Below are positions 1-12,535 of a stretch of 64,000 nucleotides of DNA, piece after piece. The number at the start of each line of letters is the position of its first letter. Position 1 is the first letter of the stretch. Both the position numbers and the translations under genes were made by a program. The stretch is from Lama guanicoe. Taxonomy: Eukaryota. The notes under the pieces are model-generated. The model made no database searches and was not told the origin of the DNA. It worked only from the letters and a program-made list of their open reading frames with translations. The stretch spans positions 5,516,659 to 5,580,658 of the forward strand of contig MU053379.1 of NCBI GenBank assembly GCA_013239625.1, in the 5' to 3' direction.

Positions 1-355
1 TTACGGACTGGCTCAGTGAACTCGTGGGATTCAGAAGTGGCCGTAAGAAGCTGCTTTGTCGGTGTTTCCATCAGCACAGAGAAAAGGAAAACAGGCAGGA
101 AACCACTGGTTTTTACAGTTTGACTGTGACTGAAAGGAAACAGGAATCTCTGCATGATGGCTTCAATTGAATTGGCTGGATATGTTTTTGAAATGCAAAG
201 ACTTCACTAAACAGTATGAGGCCATTTGAATTTTTTTCCTCTATTAGAAGGGAGAGGCCAGTCCACCAAGTTAATCTGATATTTAGAAATGGCTTTGAGA
301 CGTATGTGGCCTATATCAAAACTGACAGCCTCTGTTTCTCTTAAAGGCTTCATTT

Positions 356-774
356 TCTCCTCCTCCTGGAGACATCTGGTGAGGCAACATCACCCTTGCA
401 CGTGCACGTGCATGTGGAGGGTCTGCCCCGGGACAAGTGGGGACAGTGGCCCCACGGCCCCAGAGCCCCCCCAGGATGGATGCGGGGACACTCCCAGGAG
501 AGCAGAGACGGGGGAGGAGTGTGATGAAGGGGGAAACCGGCTGTTGGATCAAAGAGGGATTTAGACACTGAAAAAAGGCCACCATGGGAGACCGTGGCTC
601 TGCTGCAGGAACCCCGAGGTCTGCCCTGTGACAGCCTCTCTATTTGCTCAGCACTATTGGTATTTTGGTAAGGAATTTCTACCGAGCTGGCAGATCTTCA
701 GCCCCGAGGATTCCTCTGATCAGCAGGTGTTGGAACAGCCTGTGGCAGAAATATCACAGAGCTGGGTGCTGATC
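356..774 (+). repeat. Local direct duplication, copy 1 (pairs with 6526-6935)
   Basis: Colinear similarity with exact shared blocks such as TGAAAAAAGGCCACCATGGGAGACCGTGGCTCTGC and TGGAACAGCCTGTGGCAGAAATATCACAGAGC. Confidence 0.92.
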
Positions 775-1414
775 CAACCCCTGTAACCCAGACTGGAGCT
801 TTGCTGGACATGTGGTTTCTTATCAAGGAGACTTGAGAAAAGCTAATCAGATTCCTTATAGCACGGATGGGTAATCACTGTCCATCCATAAAGTATATGC
901 TTGTGTTAATACCATGTTTATTTACTATCTATAAATTGAATCTTGTACACAAAACTCAAGCCATATTGTAAGTCAATTGTGCTTCAAAAAAAACCTACCC
1001 AAAACACAAATCAAAAAATTTCATTACCTTCTCTGATTAAATGAGAAACAATTCCAAAATAAATTAAAAGAAAATATGACCTACTCCCATCATATTAAGA
1101 ATCACTTATCTTTTCATTTTGTTTTTATTTTCTCTTTTTAACTAGAATGAGGGGTCAGAGAACTGGAAGAGGAGCGGGGACCCTGAACACAGGACTGCTC
1201 CCAGATCGGTGGAGAGCAGAGGGTGCAGGGCAGGCCACTTGGATTTGATTACATGTAAACGGGGAGCCCACTGTCCTACAACATGGTAATTATAACTGAA
1301 AAAAAATGCACTAATGATCTTATGAGTAAATCTTGTTTTCTTTTAAATTTCAGATTTTAAAATAAATTCTGAGGTTTTAAGACACTCAAATATTTTGTCA
1401 AAAGTTTTCTTTTA

Positions 1415-1928
1415 TGACTGGATACAGAAGATGTGGTATATTTATACAATGGAATACCACTCAGCCATAAAAAAGAATAAAATAATGCCATCTGCAGCAA
1501 CATGGATGAACCTGGAGATCATCATTCTAAGCGAAGTAAGTTAGAGAAAGACAAATACCATATGATATCGCTTATATGTGAAATCTAAAAAGAAAAAAGA
1601 CACAGGTGAACTTACTTATAAAACAGAAACAGACTCACAGACATAGAGAACAACTTATGGTTACCAGAAGGGAAAGGAGGTAGGAAGGGATAAAATGGGA
1701 GTTTGAGATCTGCAGATACTAACTACTATATACAAAATAGATAAACAACAAGTTTCTACTGTATAGCACAGGGAACTATATTCAATATCTTGTAGTAACC
1801 TCTAATGAAAAAGAATATGGAAAGAAATAGATGTATATACATGTATGATGGAGACATTGTGCTGTCCACCAGAAATTGACAGGACACGCTGAACTGACTA
1901 GACTGCAATAAAACAAAAACAACCTAAA
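1415..1928 (+). mobile_element. 5'-truncated LINE-1 (ORF2 end plus 3' UTR)
   Basis: GAAGATGTGGTATATTTATACAATGGAATAC...GCAACATGGATGAACCTGGAG; AATAAA with A-rich tail; target-site duplication AAAGTT(T/A)TCTTTTA on both sides. Confidence 0.88.
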
Positions 1929-3747
1929 CAAAGTTATCTTTTAACATAATTCATATTTTTTTTACTTAATTGCAGCAAATCTTTGCCATTTTGGAATTAA
2001 CACTTTTTTTTTGTCTGAGTTTGAAAACTACCTTCCAAATGCACAGTATGGCAACAAAAATCAATGAAAATTCACTGTATTTTGAGGTACACCCTTTGTG
2101 ACAGTTGGATTTGATTACATGTAAACATATGTAAATGCATATGGTTGTCATGGTTTTAGATTAGTTATTTGCTTTAGTTTTGTCTCTTATTAAATTATTT
2201 CTCAGGTTTTTAAAGAACTTTAGAGTTTATGGTCATGTTGGGAGAAGGTACTGCTCTCTGTAAATCTTTATTTTGTCTGAGAAATACTAGACTCAGCCTC
2301 TTAAAAAGGCAGCATTAATACCCTGCTTGGTCTCTCCTTAAGAATTACCCTTTTTTAAGTTGAGGGTTTTATTTCCTGTAAAATTATTTCCTAACTCATT
2401 GACTATAGCCACTTCCCTGAAAGAAGTTATCTTAGTCATCACCCTTTGGACTGTTGGTCTATGAATGAACATTAAATGGCATTATATGTTGGTAATTGTT
2501 GAGGCTGGGGGCTGAGTATATGGGTGGAGGTCATACTATTTTCTATATTTTTGAAAACTTAATAATCTAAAATAACCCATTATATTTTTTAAAATGAAAT
2601 TTGGCAAAGAGGAAATATGCATCTTTGTCAGAGCTTAAACAGAATTGTCCCACAGACACAGAGGTGGTTTTACTTACTGTACTTTGTAACACATATAGAA
2701 TTTAAACATCTCATTTTTCTGGTAGTTGGAAAACCAAACTATTCAAAGCCACAATTTTAGAGGAATCTACACAGCCAAGATCTAATCTATTATACACTAA
2801 TTAAAAATATCGGGATGCTATCTCCTGGTTTAAAAAGCCTATTGCATAATAATTCAGAATCTGGGCTCTGGGATTGGCTGCAAATCTAGATTTTCCCTTT
2901 GTGACTGTGTGGCTTCAGCCAAGACATTTGAAGAGTCAGTTCTCTAATGTGTAAAAGTCAAGGTCGTAATGGTATGCTTTCTCAGAGGGTTTTTGTGAAA
3001 AGTAAACGCGATCACAGCTGTAATGTAGCTTGACTGTGCTCAGCATAGAGTAAGACTTTGACAAGTGTGATCCATTATTAGATGTTTCTTCATAATGTCT
3101 CAGCTCTGCCTACCGACAGCAGGTCATTAGCACACATTAGACACTCCATACGTACCCACTGATTCAATGAGTGACTGTGCATTTTCAATCATCAGCGAAC
3201 ATGCAACTCAGCTGAGTCTAAACACAGGAAAGCATCGAGAAGCAAGAAGCACAAAAACTCACTGAGTTTCTCCTCTTCTGTCCACAGTGCCTCGACCTTC
3301 CTTGTTGTTTGCTTCCTTAGAAGGATGGTGCTGCCTTTTATCTCCCCGCTGGGAAGGTGGGGAAGCACTGAGTCTGAGGCATCTTAAATTTGAGATGTCT
3401 GCTATGCACCCAAGTGGAAATGCTGGTCGGCAATCAGATACGTGTCCGGGGTTCTACTAACTTCAGAGACATTAGTGCTGCCTCCCAAGACCTGTGTGAT
3501 TGGCTGGGTAGACAGTGTGTCCATTTCTTCTCCATCCCAGACTGTGAAACAACCACCAAGAACTATGCAAATGCCTAGTGAAAACACGCTGATAGATTGA
3601 AAAATTGACAGTCCCCTCCCCTAGAATACTAGCTCCTTGAGCCCAGTGCAGTTGCTATTTCTTTTTTTTTTTTTAGAACTGAATCTTTTTTTTTCAGCCA
3701 GGAATACACCAATATCCAGAGACTGCATACAAGGTCTCCCATGAGTC

Positions 3748-3763
3748 TGTGTGTGTGTGTGTG

Positions 3764-3799
<36 letters not shown>
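3748..3799. repeat. (TG)n microsatellite
   Basis: Directly visible, with one CA interruption. Confidence 0.95.
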
Positions 3800-3800
<1 letters not shown>

Positions 3801-3949
3801 ATATTCAAGTACAGATGCATATTTTATTAAAGAGAAAATCCATGTTCATCAATGGATTCTTAAAGGGTCCTATGAGTCAAAAATAATTTTTAAAATTCAG
3901 GATTCCTCCAGCCTGGATGACAGGAAATCATAATGACAGGAATGTTTTC

Positions 3950-4167
3950 TTTCTTTTTTTGTTGTTGTTAATTTTTTTATTGAAGTCTAATCAATTTACA
4001 ATGCTAGTTTCAGGTGTACAGCAAAGCAATTCAGTTACACATACATAGATATTTTCTTTCCCATTATAGGTTATTATAAGAAGTTGGCTATAGTTCCCTG
4101 TGCTGTGCAGTGGGTCCTTGTTGTTTATCTATTTTAAATACAGTGATACATACCTGCTAGCCCCAAG
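3950..4167 (-). mobile_element. LINE-1 3' end
   Basis: T-rich tail followed by TTTATTGAAGTCTAATCAATTTACAATG...TAGTTCCCTGTGCT. Confidence 0.8.
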
Positions 4168-4175
4168 CCATGCTC

Positions 4176-4870
4176 TGTTAAAAAGGCAGTTTGATACAGT
4201 GGAGCCATCACCAGCGTTCAGGCAGCCCTCTCGGCAGAATCCGGGTGACTCCAGTTACGTTACCACCATCTCAGAGTCTCCACGGCCAAAGGGACAGAGG
4301 AGTGTAGGCCCCTGACTGTGGGAACAAAGGAATGAGCCTTGGGCCGGAATGGTAAACAAGTGATAAAAAGTTGCAGACTCAGGTGAGAAGGCTGGTTAGC
4401 CAAGGATGGGTAAGATCCCCAGGGGGGTGCAACCTGAGACAGGCACAGCCACCTGAGTCCAAGAAGAATGTTGTGAAGCAGTCGTTTCTCATATGTCCCA
4501 CCCTGATAAGCTGTAAGGCTCGCTGGTGCCAACACGAACATGATTTACCAAAACATAAAGGGTCTTCTGACCTTGAGCCAGACACTGCCTGTTAACCATA
4601 ACCCTTGTCGTTCTTCTTTGCTGTATAAGACTGTGTAATGCAATAAAGCTTCTGAGTAGCCATCAGCCCTCTCCGCATACAGTGTGTATGTGTACGTGGT
4701 GTCGCGACACCAACAAGGAGGTGAGAACACCCCCTGAGAACTTGCTGTGGATGAAAGAGCCAGCGGCACAGAGGAGCCCGGAGCATGAGGACCAGCGGTT
4801 CCCTCATATTTCTCGCCTTTCTTCGTCTCCCTCGCTTCCTCTGCTGGTCCCAGGATTAGGCAGGTAAGTG
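4176..4870 (+). mobile_element. Probable ERV LTR with leader
   Basis: TG start, TATAA at 4624, AATAAA at 4642-4647, PBS-like TGGTGTCGCGAC at 4697, donor CAG|GTAAGT at 4863/4864; family not identified. Confidence 0.5.
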
Positions 4871-4939
4871 CTAAGTGGAACATCTGTGCCTTGTTCTCTA
4901 AGAAAAACATTTGTTATTAATTAGTGTCATTTCTTTTCA

Positions 4940-5950
4940 GCTTAATGAAGTCCACTTACTATTTCTTGTAGGGCCGGGTTACTGGTGGTGAATTCCTTTA
5001 GCCCTTGCTTACCTGGGAAACTCTGGATCTCCCCTTCAGTGCTGAGTGGTAACCTTGCTGGTAGAGGCTTCTCAGCTGGAGGCTTTCTTCTCTCAGGGTT
5101 TTGAGTATGTTATACCACTCTCTTCTGGCCTGGAAGTGTTCTCCTGAACAGTTTGCTGACAGTCTTGTTGGGGGCCACTGGTCTGAACAAGTTGTTTTTC
5201 TCTTGCTGCATTTAGGATTCTTTCTTTATCATTAACTTTTACCATCTTAATTACAATGTGTCTTGACGTGGTCTCTCTGGATTCATCTTATTCAGAACTC
5301 TCTGGGCTTCCTGGACCTGGATGTTTGTTTCCTTCTCTGGATTAGGGAAGCTGTCATTCACTAATTCTCCTAATAATTTTTTTCTGGCCCTTTAAAAAAA
5401 ATCTCTTCTGCTTTTGGAACCCCCATAATGCAAATATTATTCTGCTTGATGTTGTCTCAGAGGCCTCTTAGGGTATCTTCACTTTTTAAAATTTCTTTTT
5501 CATTTCTTTTTGCTCCTCTGTCTGGGTAAGCTCCATTGCTTTGTCTTCCAGCTCACTGGTCTGTCCTTCTCCCTCATTCAATCTGCTGTTGAACCTCTAA
5601 GTGGCGTTTTTCAAGTTCAGCATATAACTACTGTTTGGTGTTTTCTTATGTTTTCTGTCTCTTTGTTGAAGCTCTCCCTGTGTTCATCCACCCTTCCCCT
5701 GAGCTCTCCGAGCACCTGCATGATTATTACTTTTAGCCCTTTATCAGTTAGGGTGCTGATCTCCATTTCATTCAGTTCTTCTGAGGTTTTGTCTTGTTCT
5801 CTTGATTGGAATGTAATCCTGTGTCTCCTCATTTTGCCTGATTCTCTGTCTGTTTCTACGTACTACGTAGATCAGCTATCCCTCCCCATCTTGAAGGAGA
5901 GGCCTTTTGGGGGGAGATTCCCTGTGGGTTCACAAGCACAGCCCCACCTG
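4940..5950 (-). mobile_element. Degenerate LINE-1 ORF1 region
   Basis: ORF 5617..5832(-) ELNEMEISTLTDKGLKVIIMQVLGEL...ESFNKETENIRK resembles ORF1p. Confidence 0.8.
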
Positions 5951-6049
5951 AAGACCAGTGCCAGGCACTCTGGGATGCAGCTACGCGGGGCTGTGTGGTG
6001 GGCAGGGCTGGCCCTGGACCAGCTGCAGCAGCTGCTGGCTCTGGTGAGT

Positions 6050-6480
6050 GTGGGATGGTTTTTAACAGGTGGCTTTGACTCAGTTTTGAGGCCCCAACTA
6101 GAAGCTGCTCATTTCCCTTTCTAGTGCATTCCCTTAAGCCCGCACTCCAACCACCTCCCATGTGGGGCTCTCATACTCCAGGCCACTGTACATCTGCCCT
6201 AACTGCCCGGGGCCAGGTCCCAGACAACCAGGAGCAGCCCTGTGCCCCAGAGCCTGTCAGACTGATCCAGATCAGCTGTCCCCAGGGCTGTCTGCCCTGC
6301 CACCCTGCTTCCTTTGACAGAAACCACAGTAGAGGTGTGTCCACAGCTGTCCCTCTCTTGCTGTGCCTTGGCTGACCCTGGGCCTCCTTTCCCCAGGGTG
6401 CTGGGCTCACAAAGCTGTCAGACTCCTTCCTGTCTCTGCTCTTGACCTGCTTCTGGCCTCACCATGCCTCACCCGAGGTG
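6050..6480 (+). mobile_element. Old ERVL-type LTR (MER74/MER54-like)
   Basis: GGGCCAGGTCCCAGACAACCAGGAGCAGCCCTGTGCCCCAGAGCC...GAAACCACAGTAGAGG resembles a remembered consensus. Confidence 0.45.
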
Positions 6481-6525
6481 ACTCATCTGATCTAAATCAA
6501 AACTATTTCTCTGAAGTCTGCACTA

Positions 6526-6935
6526 TCTCCTCCTCCTGGAGACACTCGGTGAGGGGACATTGCCCGTGCATGTGCACGTGGAGGGTTTGCTCTGGGACAA
6601 GTGGGGACAGTGGCCCCGCAGCCCCAGAGCCTGCTCAGGATGGATGCAGCTCCCAGGAGAGCAGAGAGGAGGGAGGATTGTGACAAAGTGAGAAACAGGC
6701 TGTCGGAGCAAAGAGGGATTTAGATGGTGAAAAAAGGCCACCATGGGAGACCGTGGCTCTGCCGCAGGAACCCTGAGGTCTGCCCTGCACCAGCCTCACT
6801 ATTTGCTCAGCACTATTTTAGGAAGGAATTCCTACAGAACTGGCTTATCTTCAGCCCTGAGGTTTCCTCTGATTGACTGATCAGCAGGTGCTGGAACAGC
6901 CTGTGGCAGAAATATCACAGAGCCGGGTGCTCATC
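6526..6935 (+). repeat. Local direct duplication, copy 2
   Basis: Same blocks as 356-774, offset by about 6.17 kb. Confidence 0.92.
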
Positions 6936-7320
6936 TTAATTTTATGTCTGAGTCTGTGATTTTTGTTTGAATGTTTTATTTGTTTCTGCATGATAAATAG
7001 GTAAGCACATTTTCCACAGGTACATACAAATTTATTAATTACATGCTTATCTGTGATTTGTAAATTTAATATTGAGGTTACAATTACATAATTGAAACAA
7101 AAACAAATTTAGTAGAGAACTCTGTAATAAAAGGTGTTGGCATTGTAATTTTAAGAAAGCATGCAGCTATCTTGGCTTTTAAAAAAAAAAATCTGAAAAA
7201 TAAGAAGCCTTGAAATTCCTTACAATGCCACATATTAGGCAGGCTCCTGAACCAACCATCACATCCTAATCAGAGGAAAAGTAACAAAACATGAAACAGT
7301 ATCATATTAAATTGTTACAC

Positions 7321-7415
7321 TCTTTTCTTTCTTTTTTTTTTTTTTAAACAGAAGTACTGAGGATGGAACACAGGACCTCCTTCATCCACACTACCACTGA
7401 GCTATACCCTCCCCC
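7321..7415 (-). mobile_element. tRNA-derived Vic-1-type (camelid) SINE, internally deleted
   Basis: Reverse complement starts GGGGGAGGGTATAGCTCAGTGGTAG (A box) and continues GAGGTCCTGTGTTCCATCCTCAGTACTTC plus poly(A); TSD TAAATTGTTACA at 7308-7319 and 7416-7427. Confidence 0.8.
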
Positions 7416-8759
7416 TAAATTGTTACATTTTTGACAAATAATTTTCAGGAATTTAACCATAAGGCCTAATGAATGAAGGTCTCGTTATCCTCACTTCTTC
7501 CCTAGGTACTAACCCACTTTGGTGTGTTCTCAACTGGAGGAGCGTGAACAGCCCCCACAGTGGATCCCAGCCCCTCCACACCATGGTACCCACCACTCTG
7601 CCAGCAGCCCGTTTGGAAGTCACTGTTACAGAAATGGCACATCTGTTCTGTGTGGCCTCGGTATGCCTTTGTCTCTGGAGGGACTCCACATGCCTCTGCC
7701 AGGCTCCCTGGGGGTGGCAGCCTCGTAGCTGCACACACTCTGCAGGGGAGGTCTCAACCCCCCTCCCATCCCCACCTTCCTCCAGAGCCCAGGGGTGATG
7801 TTGCACAGGTAACATCATCCTCTGAGCAGCTCCAGGTGTTCATGCAAGTGCTCGTTCTGGACACATGGATGCTGGCAACGTGCCTGGTCCAGAGGAAGCC
7901 CCTAACCCCCACCCGGGTGAAATCCCCTAGGATTGCTGGGTGAACTGAGGACCGCTCCACTGCTGACAACGTCAAGACCTGGCTGTTGTCCCTCCAGCGT
8001 CCGAACTATCGATGCAAGTCTGACAACTTTTAGTTCTGCTTGGCTCTGGAGACAACACATTCTGCATTTACTGATTTTATTTACTCTGACTGATGCTGTG
8101 ACCTGCTAGTCAGTCCACCTGAGGTGGGGCCCTGCACCAAATTCTGTCAGGTCCGTCCCCATCGGAATCCACACCCTCTGGGGTAAAGAGCTCTGGGGGG
8201 CCTTTCCTTTGCAGAGACCACGTATAAAGCAAGGTGACAGACACCTCTGCGAGCACTCAGTCCCAGGACAACCTCCCCCGCCCCCAGCACATGCTGCGTC
8301 CCCTTGGAGCTCCAGGCATTACCACCGTGAGGTTCAAGTGTCTTCTCAGAAAACCGTGCTGCACTCTCGAAGGAAGATTTCAGTGGGACTTTGAGGGTCC
8401 ATATGCCCCTGGTGGCCAGATGAATTGGTTTAATTAAGAGGACCTGCGGGCTCTTCCCAGAGCTCTTATTTAAGTTACAGAGCAGCACATGGGCCTGGAG
8501 GTGTCACCATAGCCACAGGCATCGGTGAAGCTAAAATCCCGCCTCACCCTTGCCACTCAGACCCACAACTGCTTTTAGTGGCCACAAGGGCAGGCACCTC
8601 TGAGTTCACGTTTCCTGGTTCTCTCCCTCCTCCTCAAGGATCTACTTTGCTTCTTGGGGAGGTGTTTGTCCTGCTCCCTAAGAGTCTGAGTCACCACTAA
8701 GTTCACACCGATGCTAGGGTCTCATCTTGTGAGGCCTGGCTTTGCACGGCTGCCGCAGC

Positions 8760-9240
8760 AGAGGACAAGCCCTCCTCCCCCTCCCGGGGTCTCCGGCTAA
8801 GAAGTAAATGCACAAAAGACAGATGAGCAAGGAGAAAAGCGTGGCAAGTGTGCTGAGGCTTTCCACGTACACGGGGCCCTTCACAGGAGGATGAAGTCCT
8901 AAAGGAGTGGCCAGAGCAGGAAGACTTTTTACCTTTTAGATAAAGAAACAGTAAATATGTGAAGGCTTGGAGGCTGGAGGGGCTCAGGTGGGGGCAGTGA
9001 ACGGTGGATAGCTGTGTCCTGTTGTCCTCTGTCCCCAGGTCTGGGAGTCGGCAGGGTGGGGCTGGTTCCTCATTTCAGGGAGGAGGTGGGGGGCAGGTCC
9101 CAGTGGCCGCCCTCCTGCTGTTGCTCACCCGGCTTCTCCAGCTAGGATGTTCAACGTGTCAAGGTGCTGTGCTCGGGGGAAACTCCCAGGGCCCCCTGAG
9201 CTCCTGCAGGGGCACCTCTGCTCCCTGGGGGACTGTCAGA
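8760..9240 (-). mobile_element. Possible ERV1 (MER4-group-like) LTR relic
   Basis: CAAAAGACAGATGAGCAAGGAGAAAAGC...ACACGGGGCCCTTCACAGG resembles remembered antisense LTRs; weak support. Confidence 0.35.
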
Positions 9241-10205
9241 TGAGAGCGGGCATGTTCCCCGCCATGCAGCAGAGGCTCCCCACCTGGCCAGTTCCTCTCC
9301 TGCCAGACCAGCTGCGTTTACCCAGCAAGTCCATGCCCTTCCAGCCAGCACAGCCATCTAAACAAGCAGTCTCGTCTCCCAAGGGAACCAGGGTCACCCC
9401 ACCCTCTGGTAATGATGAAGTCTGCCTCCCACAGTCCCAGCAGGATCCTTGCTCCCCAGCCTGTGTGCCGCACCCGGGCTGCTGCCCCCCCACCTCCACG
9501 CCCAGGCTGTGAGTGACACCATCCTTGTGCTATGCCCCTGACTCGAGGGCGGGTGAGAGGAGGCCTATGAGACAGTTGGAGGGTTTCAGGGAGGAGGCAT
9601 GGATCAGTGGGTGTAGTCCCGAAGCAACCCACGTCCACAGTAGTGTGAGAGACATCTCTGCACACCTCTGTTTGGCTCTGGTCTGGGGCTGGGTGCAGGG
9701 GAGTGGGGGGTGATGAGAATAATACCAACACCATTTCCCCTAAGGAATCAAACACGACTTTAAGACTAAACAGCACCGACTGAATAAAAGGAAGATTCAC
9801 CCTAAACGTTCCCAACAGACAAGTTCTTACCAGGCTCCATGCACCCTCGGGGCCGTCACGGTCTTCACCGGGGATGCACGAACTGTCACTTGGTGGAGGA
9901 GTTAGCTCTGAAAAGAACCGCCTTTCCATGCTTTGGGCTGCAGAACAGCACCGAAGCCCAGTCAGCAGGGACTAGACAGGCTCTGCTCTGCACACTCGCC
10001 AGTGGCCCCACAGCAGGTGGAGTGGGTTGGAGGGGCAAACGGCAGTCAGGCAGGGAGAGGCTGCTCCACAAATCCAGGTGAGAAGGTGATGCTGGCTCAA
10101 GACGTGATGATTCCATCAGTGTCAGGGGCTCAGGTTCACTGGAGTTTGAGTGAAGGTGCAGCCATCGTCCCCACGCTTCTGTTTGAACAGTTGTTACCTG
10201 ATGAC

Positions 10206-10748
10206 TGTTAGGCAGTTAGATAAGTGGGGGCACCAGGCAGACAGGTGGAGGAGAGGGAGGAGGGTCTGGAAGATGGCAGAGTGCCCGCCTGCAGCATAAA
10301 GGGTCTTTACTTCCTCTGAACGAGTGCCAGCAAGAAACTGGTTAGAACCCAAGGGTGGAGACTGTGGGGCAGCAAGAAGGACCCAACCAGATGTGACCTA
10401 GTGCTCACCGTAATACAATTAGCACGGCAGTTTAGACCCCCTCCTTGGGTTTTTCTGTGTGCATCATGCGTAAGGACATGAGCCCCAGGGCCGGGCACGA
10501 CTGAGCACTCTGGGGCAAGAGCCGTCAGCCAGTCAAGAGACCACCTGTAAGCGAGGGTAGCAGAGGAAGGTAGACAAAGACTATTGCTGTCTGCCCTGGA
10601 CCTGCCCACCCCCGGTTCTTGGAGGAGTGCTTTTCCTTTTCCTGAGTAAATCCTGTGAAATCTTTTGCTGCACAATGCTGTCTCCTGTCTGTTATCTTTC
10701 AGGTGTGACAAGAGCTGGAGTCTTTTCCCTTTCCCTTTTGGGGTAATA
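10206..10748 (+). mobile_element. Probable solo LTR
   Basis: Starts TGTTAGGCAGTTAGATAAG; AGTAAA signal followed by a pyrimidine-rich U5-like tract; ends GGGGTAATA. Confidence 0.45.
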
Positions 10749-12149
10749 GTTCCATGAGTCCCAAGAGAGAAGGCAGGAAGAGGAACAGATTTAACTGGAA
10801 CCGAGGGGGAAGAGGCTCCTTGGAAAGAGGCAGTGGCTAAAGCCTTCCCAGTGTTGGAGAGTGGCGAGTGGATCATGGACTAAAGAGTATTGCCCGGATT
10901 TCCAGTCACTGGGGCATCCCCGGTGACCTCAGAGCAGGTTCAGGGTAGATCCAGAGGAAAGGGGCCCGAGGACTTGGAGGAGTGAGGAGGTGTAGACATA
11001 GAGTGTAGACAAGAGGGAACCGGGCCAAAAAGAGGAGGCGTGAGATGGAGCAGGAGACTGTTTAGTTTTAAATGGAAGTGACTTGAGACTGTTAGGGGGT
11101 GAACAGCAGTCCCTGTGCTGATGGAACGGAGGCGAAGACACAAGACTGAGGAGCAAGGAACTGAGAAGTTGGAGCAGAAACCCAGCCCCGTCATGGGGTT
11201 ACTTGGGTTGGGTCTGGGTGGTGCCCGGTGTACCCTTCTCAGACTCTGAGAATTGCAGATGGAGTCACCCTAAAGTTGAGAGGGGGCTGAGAACAGAGGC
11301 GTCCTGTCATCAGAAAGGACTTGAGGAGACTAGAAAGTTCTGGAAGACTGGAGCCATCATTGTAAAATATGCAGAAGTCTTAGGGGGAAAGGAAAGGCGT
11401 CGGCCTTGTCTGTGAACACTTGGATGGGACACACTCTGGCTCCCTTCCCTCGGTGTCCAGAGTGAAAGTGGAACACAATTGAATGGACCCAGGTTATCGA
11501 ATGCAGGCATGTGTGTGGAGGAGTGACTCAGCTCAAACAGTGGAACGTGTGAATTCGTGGAGGGCAGAGTGTCAGCTGTTGGACTTCATCCCACAAAACA
11601 AATTTTGGGCGTCCCTGAGGCTGCCATGCAGGGAGCAGGAGGGAGGACTGACAGGGAGAAATGGAGTTTGTGACGGTTGGGATCCTAGACAAAGTCCTGC
11701 ATGGTCGCGGGAGCAGGCTGTTGAGGTGGAAAACTGGACTTGAGCCTCGTGTGCTGCTTAAATGCATGTGGGCGGTTCCTTGAGGTCTCATTTCATAAAC
11801 CTCAAGTCATCACAATCCAAAGCAACCACAAAATATCACGTATGCTAAAAAGCTTAACATTGTGACTATTTAACCAAGAAAGAAAGCAGAATGACATCAG
11901 CATTCATCACTGGAAGGCTCTTGGTTGCAGAGAGGAAGCCTTAGCCTGAGGTCAGGAAACAGATTGTAGGCAGACATGTGGACTGGGCCAGGTGGCCGTT
12001 TACCTGCTGTGTTATCCCTCTAAGCCTTGTTTCTCTCGTGTATGGAACAATAAAAATGATAGTGCACACCTCCTGACATGGTCTTGAGGATAAATGTAAG
12101 AATAAGTGTTCAGATATTCACGGATATTTTTAGCCTCTCCATTATTTCC

Positions 12150-12535
12150 ATGCTGTCCAGCAAACATAGTGGCGTGAAACAACACAAATTTATCTTCGTA
12201 CAGTCTGATGGTCAGTCTCACTGGGCTGAAATCACGGTCTGAGGGGCGCTGGCCCCTGAGGGTCTACAAGAACACGTTTCCTTGCTGTCATTAGGCCATG
12301 GAGGCTGCCGTCACTGCACTGCCTTCTCCGCACCTGCTCCTGCCTCCCCCAGGTAAGGACCCTGGGAGACCCCTGCACCAGTCACCCAGCATCACTTCCT
12401 CGGCTCAGAAGCCTCACTCCAGGCTCACACTGCGAAGTACTTTGGCTCTGAAAGTTCACATGTTGGCAGGTTCCAGGAGTCAGGGCACTGACCTCAGGAC
12501 AGGAGGAGGGAGGGGCGTTACCCAGCTTACCCCTG
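12150..12535 (-). mobile_element. MaLR LTR (MLT1-like)
   Basis: AAACATAGTGGCGTGAAACAACACAAATTTATC...CTCACTGGGCTGAAATCA...GTAAGGACCCT...CAGGTTCCAGGA. Confidence 0.7.

Noticed and set aside
1976..2086. Exon-like AG...GT segment considered as a DDX60L 3' remnant
   Set aside because: No frame gave a peptide I could match to DDX60 or DDX60L; a tBLASTn search would be needed.
5510..6124. 204-aa plus-strand ORF
   Set aside because: Antisense reading of a decayed L1 ORF1.
7340..7415. tRNA-like sequence
   Set aside because: The poly(A) tail, TSD and deleted middle indicate a SINE, not a tRNA gene.
7450..8700. Clusters of short ORFs, possibly decayed ERV internal sequence
   Set aside because: No gag/pol/env motif could be recognised, so the region is left unannotated.
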